Assembly: GCF_016432865.1 (NCBI RefSeq)
Contig: NC_067403.1
Location: 258,664,001 to 258,728,000, forward strand
DNA length: 64,000 bases
Direction of reading: 5' to 3'
Source: Antechinus flavipes
Lineage: Eukaryota
Below, one piece after another: positions 11,941-22,211 of the stretch. The position numbers and the translations under genes are program-made. The stretch's first letter is position 1. Each line of letters opens with the position of its first letter. The notes beneath the pieces were generated by a model. It was not told the origin of the DNA and searched no databases. It saw only the letters and a list, made by a program, of their open reading frames with translations.

Positions 11941-12978
11941 AAATGATGTATCTCCTTCCCTTGTATTGGTCTCATTAGTTTGTGCCCTGTCATATATCAC
12001 CCCTACAACACCTGCATTCGTTAGGAACTGGGGCATGAAGAGTGAAGAGAGATTGGAAAAGAGTCACAGAAACCCAGAGAGACCTGGACAGAGAGGACAC
12101 AAAAAGTCTTGCCCATTATCTGAAGAAAAGGATTTGACTTAGCTGGAAGAGGAAGAGGTGGGGGGAAGGGAAAGGAACCCTGGTAGGGAAGGGAAGGGAA
12201 CAGAGGATAGAATTGGAATAGGTTCCCAGAGGCCTGAAGGAACCTAGTGGATCAAGTCTAAGAGGAAACCAGGTGGGCAGGGTCATAGTTCCTAGAACCT
12301 TGAAAAGACTGACCTGAATCCATGACTTCATTTACAAAATGACAGGGTGGCCTGAGACCTTCAAGGATAGATTTCTTCTTCCTGTACTATTTAGGACAAG
12401 GGCCATTTGTTGTAGATGTTTCCTCTGGGCTGGTAGCAGGTGAAACCCTGGACCTCACTTCCTAGGTAAAAAAACTCTCCAGCAAGCTAGAGGGCTTCAA
12501 AGAGCACAGAGCACTGGGTCTGGATCAAGAAGATCTGAATTCAAATCCAGTCCCACATACACTGAACCTCTTCCTGCCTCAGTTTCCTCAAGTGGAAAAT
12601 GGATATCCTGAGAGCACTTATTTCTCATGTAATATTGTGAAGATTAAATGAGATATTTGTAAAACATACAGGTTGGTTCCTTGTATAATTTTGTTCTTTA
12701 ATCATGTGAGTCTTTGTCAACTTGGCAGCGAATGGAGTGTTTTGTCATTTCTGTTTCTAGCTCATTTTGCAGATGAGTAAATTGAGGCAAACAGAGTTAA
12801 ATAATTTGGCCAAGGTCACAGAGTTGGCAAGTGTCTCAGGTCAGATCCCAGTTGTTCCCATTCCAGATCCTGGAGCTCTACCTTCTGCCATCCCCACCTG
12901 CCTGGCTTACACCTAATAAATGTTTGCTCATCCCTTAGAATGGAAATTCTGGACCCAAGCCTTAAGAATGACAGAGGA

Positions 12979-13241
12979 TTTTCGTTCCGAGTTGTTTTTA
13001 CCTTTTGAATCCAATTCTCCCTATGTAACAAGAGAACTGCTCGGTTCTGCAAACGTATATTGTATCTAGGATATATGGCAACATATCTAACATATACAGG
13101 ACTGCTTGCCATCTAGGGGAGGGGGTGGAGGGAGGGAGGGGAAAAATTGGAACAGAAGCGAATGCAAGGGATAATGTTGTAAAAAAAATTACCCTGGCAT
13201 GGATTCTGTCAATATAAAGTTATTATAAAATTTTAAAAAAA
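12979..13241 (+). mobile_element. 5'-truncated young L1 3' end, just downstream of MRGPR copy 2
   Basis: TSD aa(g/t)aatgacagagga at 12964-12978 and 13242-13256. Empty site in unit 1 at ~1091. Confidence 0.9.
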
Positions 13242-13356
13242 AATAATGACAGAGGAAATTGTGCTTTTCCTGTCAGAGAGGTGGGAAGGGGCTGCAGGTG
13301 GCCTGGAGCAAGGGGTTATTTCTTGGGCCTCATCCCTGGGCCTCTTGTTCTTAGCC

Positions 13357-14307
13357 TCATGGTGAGGTCTCCTGGGTGTTGCTGTTGGAGATGTCCCTCA
13401 TCCCACCACCCAACTCCTGCTCCTCCCCCAGGGCTCTCTGCAGGACCAGCCTGAGGGGCTCCCTCCTTTTATGCCCTCGTTTTCCCACGAAGAAGTAAAT
13501 GAAGGGATTCACGCTGCTGTTCACACAAGCCAGGGACTGAGAGAGGCTATAAGGCATGAGTTCTATTCTGAGGCGATGATTTATGAAATCCTCGATCCCC
13601 CAGGGCAGGCCACAGAGCAGGAACACGAGGATGAGCAGGACCAAGAGGTAGAGCCTGGGGGGCCGCCGGAGCCGGGAGCTGCACTGGACCCTCAGCAGTA
13701 GAGTCAGGCTGGACAAGCACAGGACGCAGGTGAGGAGGAGGAACCACAGGAAATAGATAATGAGGAAGTTGCCACAGAAGGGTTGAGGAGCCACATACAA
13801 CACAGTGACAAACTCTGTGACTTCGATCATCCCGGCCAGAATCCAGAGCCCGGCGCAGACCACAGCAGACAAGTGCTTGGGGCGGCGACATCTGTACCAG
13901 AAGGGGAAGAGCACGGAGAGACAGCGCTCGGTGCTGATCGCGGCCAGGAGGCTCATTCCCGCAGTGTAGGACGTGTATTGGAGGTAGACCACGGCCGTGT
14001 ATATTATAGAATAAAAATAGGTAGCAAGTCTTCTCAAGGAGATCAGAAAGGAGCAGCAGAGGAAGAGGGCGTCGGCCGCCGCCAGGTTGAGGATGTAGAC
14101 AGAATAGGGGGTCCTCCGGATGCGGAAGCCCAGGAGCCACAGGACGGCGCTGTTCCCCAGCAGCCCAAGGGAGACAACAAGCAGAGAGAACACGTCCATC
14201 CAATCATAAAAATGAAATCCTCCAGGTGTCCCAGAAGCCTCACTCACATTTAGCTTTCCCTCCGTAGCACCATATTCCTGTTGCTGGGGTGTAGGGGACA
14301 TAGCCAT
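13357..14307 (-). CDS. MRGPR-family GPCR copy 2, 316 aa, duplicate of copy 1
   Basis: YILNLAAAD, STERCLSVLFPFWYRC, LCGLP and NSSVNPFIYFF motifs. Flanks are homologous to those of copy 1. Acceptor 45 nt upstream of the ATG. One-codon deletion in TM6. Confidence 0.92.
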   Translation of the reverse strand: MAMSPTPQQQEYGATEGKLNVSEASGTPGGFHFYDWMDVFSLLVVSLGLLGNSAVLWLLGFRIRRTPYSVYILNLAAADALFLCCSFLISLRRLATYFYSIIYTAVVYLQYTSYTAGMSLLAAISTERCLSVLFPFWYRCRRPKHLSAVVCAGLWILAGMIEVTEFVTVLYVAPQPFCGNFLIIYFLWFLLLTCVLCLSSLTLLLRVQCSSRLRRPPRLYLLVLLILVFLLCGLPWGIEDFINHRLRIELMPYSLSQSLACVNSSVNPFIYFFVGKRGHKRREPLRLVLQRALGEEQELGGGMRDISNSNTQETSP

Positions 14308-17300
14308 GGTGGGGGGTCCCAGCCCCAGAAAGCCCTGCTCCTCTCAGACGCCCTGGGGATGCAGAGACAGAGAAGGGCTTACTCCCATCTCCACCTTCAA
14401 GCATTAGAGCCTCTCCTCCCCAGAAGTGTAGGTCAAGGGTAAGCAATGAATAATATTCTAGTCTCACTTACTAGTGAGAAAAAGGGTTATTTCACTCATA
14501 TTGGTAACCAATTATTCAATTAGGATGAAGACTTCTTCGTTCCTATTTACTCATCCAGAAACCAGCCCCTTGTAGGTTATTAAGTCAGTTTCCAAAGGAC
14601 ATTGTTGGTAGATGAGGCATATGGAGTTTTATTGATCAATCTCTCAAAATCATCTTAGAACATTGCTAAACTCTGCATCATTCTCATTTTTTCTTCCCGT
14701 GGTTACACTTGGGCAAAAAGTCTAGAGATATGGAAATTTAGCCAGCTCTTCTATATACTAGAGATTGAACCAAAACAGCCCTTTCAATGGGTGAATCCAC
14801 TGGCAAATTTGACTAAAGCAATTTTGTTCCTCAATTACATCTTTTGATAAGATTCTAAAAGAATTGTTTCATAAAATACATCCTGATTAATTGATTGATA
14901 GAGAAAGGATTATCTCTTAACTCTGGCTTTGCTCTGGGATTTCTTAGGATAACTGAAAGAAACAAGGAAGCAGTAATGAGAGGGTGCGAGAGTCACCATG
15001 ATTTTTTTTTATGTATATAAGCAACAAAAAATAATGGAAACATATTTGCAATGAGGTTTGGGTATTGTCACTAATCATTATAAATCAAAATTGATTGCAT
15101 TGAAAATATTGTCATGGCAGGAAATTAGAGAATTGAACAAATCCTTACATGTACAAAAGGAATAAAATATATTTGCACCTATTTCTCAGGAGTAAGATCT
15201 GAGGGAACCACAGACCCTTTAATAAACTGCCATTGGTTCAGAGCTTTCCCTCAGCCTATCTCATTGCAAGTTGGACATTTGAAATTTCCACATCACCAAA
15301 ACTAACTCACATAAGCTAAATTTGTTATGTTCCACATCCACAGTCAACCAATTCTAGAAAGGAGAGATGGAAATGAAACTGTTTCTTCTCTGATTTTCTT
15401 TGTCAAACTGCAATAAACATTTGCTCAGTACTTACTTGGAGATTCTGGGCCCAGAACAATTTTTACCACTAAGCTTGGCGATGGAATACAAGGACAATGA
15501 AATTGTCCCTATCCTGAAGTAGCTGGTATCTTACTGAGAGGAAGCAGAGGGGAGCAGAATGCAGCCCCAGGTGTTTACCTTGTGCCAGACCAGACAATTG
15601 ATCAGCACAGAACATGTCCAACAGTAGATGTCTGGGATTGTTGATTGTTATGGCTTCAGTTTCTCTTTATGGACAAATGATGAGATTTAGGGCCAAATGT
15701 CTGGGAAAGGATAGATCAGTTAACTCGGACCAAGAATAGGAAAAAAAAATTAAGGAGATGTGGGATTCACTCATACCCTGAGCTAGAACCTGCATCTGGA
15801 GAATTGGGAATATGATCTTTCATATCCTTGTTCAGAGACTTCTTAAGCGCTCCAAACTCATTCTCCCTCCCAGCTGGGGGCCATGTTACAAAAAGTTTGA
15901 AGATTGGGTATTGCTCTTGCCCTCCAATGGAAAAAGAAAGCATAAGACCTCAGAAGCAGAAATTTCTGCTGCTCCCCACTTCCCAGGCTGATGTTTTCCA
16001 GCTTTGCACATTGGAAATACACAAAGTCATAAAGGATTAAACACAACTTTATAAAGGATTAAACACAATTTTATAAAGGATTAAACTCACCAAAATTCAA
16101 TGATGAGAAATAACGATGAAGAAAGAGTACAGTCTCTGAACTTCCCTTTTTCCTCCCCAGATTCCTGTGCCTGGTTCTGCTATTGAGGCATGTATCTGTC
16201 CTTCTCACTGGGACATGAGTGGCAATAGGAGTAGGATTCAGGATAGTTCCTCTCTTTCCATTATATACTGTCCCCTCCCCTTCTCCTGTTAACATCTACT
16301 AGTCTAAAAGATTTTCTATTTGCTTTCATGTTGAAAAGGTGGAGATTTTCCAAACACTGGCCTCAAGTAATAAATTTCCTGAAGCCTTCAAGTGCAGATA
16401 AAGCTTCCTAAATGGTGTTGCTCTGGAAAAGACTTTAATTCTATGTAAATACTAACATCTACTCTAGGACTTAAGAGGAATTACTGTTAGATTGATGTGA
16501 CCCATTATCCCCAATTAACTGGTCTTTTCCATTATCCTTGCATGTTTTTCACTCATGGTAGTTACAACTTGAGTGAAAAAAAAAATTCCTTTTTGTTCAC
16601 ATGGTACATTAGATCCTTTTCTAGCTCTTAGAGAACTTTTCTGAAAAGAAATTGTGTATTCTCTTGTTACCAGAGTTTTATAGAGATTGAAGAGGCTCAG
16701 ATTTTTTCAAACTACAAGTGGGTATTGGAATGAGGCTTTGGCTGAATCCATGAATTTCAAGGTTCAAATAAGGAAAACTGTATATACAGTTATGAAGGCA
16801 GATATAGACATATAAATAAATATATACATATATATATGGTGTGTACATTTCTTCATTCACAAAATATATACATACAATATACATATGTCTATGAGAACAT
16901 ATAGTAATATCACAAATAAGCACACAGTATAATGTACCTTTTTATAATCACGTATTTTTATAATTTCTTATTTTTCTAAAAAAAACAGCTTTATTGTTAA
17001 GGACCATGCCTAAGTGTGAAGGGACAGGTGGATTCTCCGAGGGTTCCCACATCTGTGAATATAACACACTTGAAGGAATTGCAAAGCAGCCTTTACTGAT
17101 GCAGATGTGGCTTGTGAATTGGAGAATGAAATAAATTGGAGGCAAGAGGGAAGAGGGGAGAGGTCACAGAATGCAACTGCCTCTTAGTCTCCTTGTATCC
17201 TTATCGTCCTCTCACATGAAAGGATCTATTCTGCTGATCAAAATTAGATCCCCAGCAGCCACTAGCAGGTGGCTCCCGTAATACTTTTATATCTTCAAAA

Positions 17301-18987
17301 TATATGCAAAGATAGTTTTCAACTTTCTTCCTTGCAAAACTTTGTCTTCCAAATTTTTCTCCCTCTGTTCCCCCTTTCTCCTCCCTTTGACAGCAAGTAA
17401 TATATGTTAAATATATGCAGTTCTTCTATATGTATTTCCGCATTTATCATGTGGCACAAGAAAAATCAGATCAAAAAAAGGAAAAAAATTAGAAATTTGA
17501 AAAAGCAAGCAAACAACAACAAAATGGTGAAAATACTCAGTTATGACCCACATTTTAGTCCCCACAGTCCTCTGTTTGGATCTCTTGATGCTCTCTCTCG
17601 ATCACAAGTCTATTGAAATTGTCATGAATGGCCTCCATGAGCTTTTGTTTCCAAATCTAGTAGCCTTTTCTTAATCCTTTTTCTCTTTGACATTCTCACC
17701 TCCCTAGATTTTGGGGTAACCTCTTCTTGTTGTACTTTTACATATCTAACAGTTCCTTCTCAGTATCCTTTCCTAGATCCTCATCCAGATAGTACCATCT
17801 AACGATGGTTAACCTTTGGGATTTCTTTTTTTATTCCCTCAGCTTAGCATAGTGCCTGGCACATAGGAGGTACTTAATACATGGTTACTGACTTCCTGAC
17901 TGACTGTTGATACCACCAGGACTGTAGGCAAAGGTCATCCATATAATTCTGGCAGAAACTATTATGGGGTTTTGTTTTGGGAACCTGAAACTTATGTTTT
18001 GGCAACTAAATATTCTTGGTTCCTGAGGTGTTATGAGGTTCAAATGAGGTATAACTTTTGGTAAGGTACTTCTATAATATTTAAAGTACTATAGAAATGC
18101 CAATTAAAGTAATAACATATGATTTTCAATGTTAGTAATACTGATGATGATGATGATGATGATGATGATGGTTTAGTCACCCAGCCTTCCTTTTCTTTAT
18201 GTTCTCTTTCTTGGAGAGGAAGTTGATTTACCTATTGTGGATGTGGTTGAACTATATTCATTAGTATAACTGCTGTTCCAGTTTACTTCAAGTCATACAT
18301 GACCATTCCTATTCTAGGTGCTAGTAAGGAATATATAGCTGTGCATGAAGACTCAAAGTGAGGTTACTAAGGATAAGAATGCGTAGCATATATGAGGCTG
18401 GGCACATGATGTCTCATTGGGAGGTTCCGAAAAGTATCTTTCTTGTAGTACTTGCACAGTTCTGGAAATTAATATTTTTCAATCACTGACTTCTTAAGTG
18501 GTGAATATGTATTCACTGACATATTATACCCACCTTCACAGAGGGAATAAAAAAGTAAAATCAAAGTAATCTAAGATCAGGACTAATCAGGCAGCAGGAG
18601 ATTTGATATGTGGTGGTACTTTAGTTCTAGTATCTTGTTAGGATTTGTACCTCAAAGCAACATCAGATCAAACATCTCTTGACCATAGCTCTTTGTTGCT
18701 GAGATTGTGTGTGCCTCTGATACCCCCCTTTCAAGGCAGATTATTGACCATTCTGTATTCTATATTTGGATAATCTTCATCTATGATGCCCCAATGCCAT
18801 ATTTTCTTTCTCCTCTCCTCCTATCTTCCTTTCCATTATCAATTTAATGAACATGGGATCTCTAAGCTTGGCTCTTTTTTGTTTCTCCTCAAAATTTCTT
18901 TGACAATATTGGACTCTTAAGGAACTGTATAATTTCCCCAAAATTTCATCTTATAAGTATTTGATCATCATTTAGTCCATTCAAAAT

Positions 18988-19354
18988 TATAATGTCTGGG
19001 CTAGCTCTCTGGAGGGTCTCAGGATCAAAGTCTTTGGTCTTTAGGAGGAGAAGTGAAGGAAACAAGCAAACTACCACGTGATTCTTCAAAGATGGATCCT
19101 GGACTCTGGAGTTTAGAGTCTGAAATCTTCTCTCCTGAGCATGCTGTGGCAGAGAGACTCTGACTTTCTCCCTCAGCCCTCCAATCCAATCCTTCCTGTG
19201 ATTACATCATTACAACACATTCAGCTGGCACCAATCTTGAGGAGAACCATCACATCACCATATCATCTAAGAATGTGTGTATGGGACCTGCTGATTAGAT
19301 TCAAGTAAATCCTTTCAGAGTTCCAGCCCTTTGCAATCTTTCCAGCCCTCTACA
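18988..19354 (-). mobile_element. Solo LTR, unit 2 specific
   Basis: Perfect 6-bp TSD caaaat (18982-18987 / 19355-19360). Empty site in unit 1 at ~6800. Shares its terminus (ctagcccagacatta) with 26495-26845. Confidence 0.88.
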
Positions 19355-19689
19355 CAAAATATTCAAACTTGTTTGCCTTTTTTCCCTCAGGTAATTGGGG
19401 TTAAGTGACTTGCTCAGGGTCACAGAGCTAGGAGGTGTTAAGTGTCTGAAGCTTTTCTTAAACTGTAATACAAGGAACTTTTCTTTTTCTCTTGGCAGAT
19501 ATTGAAGAGTACTCATGTGGAAGAATCTTTATACATTTGACTTAGAATTTTAACTCTTTCTCTATTTCTCTTTATGTACAGCTGACTAATTAAATATTTC
19601 ACTTTGATATCTATTGTTAGCTCTATATTTCTATATAAATTAAGGTCTTTTAATTTCTTATAATTGTATAGGGATAACTAGCAAAAGAT

Positions 19690-20473
19690 GCGAAGGAAGT
19701 AATTGAAGGGGTTCATGCAGTTGTTCACACAAGGGAGAAAGGAGACAGTCAGGCATGAAATGTTTGTGGGAGTGATAATTTATGAAATCCCAATCCCCCA
19801 GGGCAGGCCACGGAGCAGGATCAAGAAGCCGGTAAGAAGCCAGTAGGTAGAGCCTGGGAGGCTGCCAGCACCAGGAGCTGCACTGGACCCTCAGCAGCAG
19901 AGTCAGGCTGGACATCCATGGGATGCAGATGAAGAGGAGGAACCATAGGAAATAGATAATGAGAAAGTTGAGACAGAAATGTCGAGGATACACATAAATC
20001 TGAGCAACAAACTCTGTGACTTCTATCATCCTGGCCAGAGCCTAGAGCACACCCCGAAGCAGACTTGTGCTTGGGGCAGTGGCATAGGTACCAGATGGAG
20101 AAGAGCACAGGTGGATAGCGCTTGGTGCTGATTATGGCCAAGAGGTTCAGGCCCATGTTCTAGAAAAGGTATCTGAGGTAGAGTATGATCTTGAACTTTA
20201 AATTGTCACACAAATATTCAACAAATCTAGTTATGGAGATCTGAAAGAAGCAGCAAGGCAAGAAGGTGTCAGTCCCCCGCCAGGGTGAGGATGTAGACCG
20301 AGAAGGGATTCCTCTGAATGCTGTTCCTCACCAGCCCAAGCAGGGCAATTAGCCGAGGGGGATCTGTGTCCAGTTATATCCACAAAATTCTCCAGGCAGA
20401 CTCCCATTTGCTCTGCTTTCAGTGGCACTGTCATTAACATATTCTCATTGCTGGGGGTGGGGAATACAGCCAT
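19690..20473 (-). pseudogene. MRGPR pseudogene B, duplicate of A
   Basis: Same early frameshift as A (MAV.PTPSNENMLMTVPL). Fragmented TM3-TM7 ORFs at 19658-20029 and 19821-20156. Confidence 0.9.
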
Positions 20474-20579
20474 AGCAGGTAGTCCCAGACCCACAAAACC
20501 TGCTCTTCTCAGAGGCCCTGCAGACACAGAGACAGAGCTGGGTACTAGGGCTATTTACTCCCATCTCCACCTTTTTAAA

Positions 20580-21300
20580 AAATAAATATTTTAAATAAAA
20601 TATTAGCGAAGAGATCACAGCAACTTATCAGCAGGATAATACACTAAAACCAAGTGGGATTTATGCCAGGAATGCAGGGCTGGTTCAGTATCAGGAAAAC
20701 CATTACTATAATTGACCATATTAATAACAAACTGACAGAAATTATATGATAATTGCAATAGATGCAGAAAAAGGTTTTGACAAAATACAGCACCCATTCC
20801 TATTAAAAACAGTAGAGGGCATAGGGATAAAGGGAACTTTCTTTAAAATAATAAGCAATAGCTATCTAAAACCAACAGCAGCAAGCATTATTTGAAATGG
20901 AGAGAAGCTGGATGCATTCCCAGTTAGATCAGGGGTGATGCAAGGATGTCCATTATCACCACTATTATTCAACATTGCACTAGAAATATTGGCTTTATCA
21001 GTAAGAAAAGAAAAAAGAAATTACTGGAATTAGAATAGGCAATAAAGAAATAAAACTGTGATGCTTTGTAGATGATATGATGATATACTTAGAGAATCCT
21101 AGTAAATCATCCAAAAACTTAGTGGAAACAATGAACAGGTTTAGCAAAATTGCAGGGTATAAAATAAACCCACACAAATCATCAGCATTTCTATATATTA
21201 TTGACAGAGCCCATCAACAAGAGTTAGAAAGAGAAATTCTATTTAAAATTCTGTAGACAAAATAAAATACTTAGGGGGTCTACCTGTCAAGACAAACCTA
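20580..21300 (+). mobile_element. L1 ORF2 (RT) fragment, duplicate of 8134-8865
   Basis: Same sequence and same junctions as the unit 1 copy. Confidence 0.9.
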
Positions 21301-21359
21301 AAAAAATTTTAAGCACTCATTGTTCTCCAGGGACTTTGACTTCCAGGAGGGTCAATAGA

Positions 21360-21468
21360 TGTTGGAAACTTTACAAACTGCTAACTCATTAGAGTTGATA
21401 GATTATTGATCTGATCTTACAAGAAGATGTTTTGGGCCAGAACCTGAAACAAGGTACTAAATAGAACT
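21360..21468 (+). mobile_element. 5' fragment of an ERV LTR
   Basis: Homologous to the start of the solo LTR at 25115, including the inner tgtt(a/t)tgggccagaac motif. Confidence 0.75.
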
Positions 21469-21768
21469 GGAGAAGTGTACAAGGTACATACAAAATAGAT
21501 TTTAAAAAGTAATCCTGGAGAGGGAGCCTCCTTTAGAAAGAGGGATGTAAGCCAAGTACCTGAAGAGGAAGAAGGTATAAGAAAGACTAGAAAGGTAGGA
21601 AAGAGCCATGTCATCAAGGATTTCAGTTGCCAAACAGAATTTTATATTAGATGCTTTATATTAGGGACTCACTGGAATGTATGGAATGTGGGCAATGAGG
21701 TGTGTCACATGGTCTACCTGTATTTTAAGAAGATCCATTGGAAAGCTGAGTAGAGGATGGACCTGTTA
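21469..21768 (+). repeat. Direct repeat X, upstream copy (L2-like sequence)
   Basis: About 97% identical by eye to 24428-24905 once the L1 insert there is removed. Both copies end in ggacc-tgtta. Confidence 0.9.
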
Positions 21769-22200
21769 TGGGCCAGAACTTGAAACAAGGTGTTAACTCA
21801 CTGGAATGGATAGAGACAATGTTCATGTACTTAGTTCACGCCTTTAAGTGTTCACACATTAGCGTTCCAGATTCACAAGTTCAGTGGAGGAGATTCACAA
21901 GTGACAACTCCCACAATCCCACTCTTGGAGGAGAAGTCAACTTTTGAGTTCACACCTCTAAAAGAACATATAAAAGGACAAGCCCACTAAAAGCTCTCAG
22001 AACCTCAGCCAAGAGTCAGTGGGGGAGATTGAGACGAAGGATTCGGAAGAGGAGAAGCTGAAGCTGGCAGAGGCAGAGGCAGAGACAGAAGCAAAGGACT
22101 AGCAACAGGAGCTCTTGGAACCAAGGAGGGAGATAGGCCTCTAAGAAAGCTAACTGGGCCCAAGGAAGGGGACAAGACTTGGAAGGAGAAAATAAAGATT
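21764..22200 (+). mobile_element. ERV LTR (U3-R), truncated just after its AATAAA
   Basis: Homologous to the LTR at 25216-25840 but lacks the last ~140 bp (U5). TATA at 21969, AATAAA at 22191. Confidence 0.85.
21969..21975 (+). promoter_or_regulatory. LTR TATA box, candidate promoter of the R3HCC1L retrocopy
   Basis: TATAAAA at the expected U3 position. There is no ATG between it and the R3HCC1L start at 22212. Confidence 0.6.
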
Positions 22201-22211
22201 GAGGTAGCATC

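Noticed and set aside
22197-22211. Primer-binding site or splice junction between the LTR and R3HCC1L
   Set aside because: There is no tRNA-complementary TGG motif, and the paralogous LTR continues aataaag-aact with no GT donor. The join is not a PBS or a canonical LTR splice.
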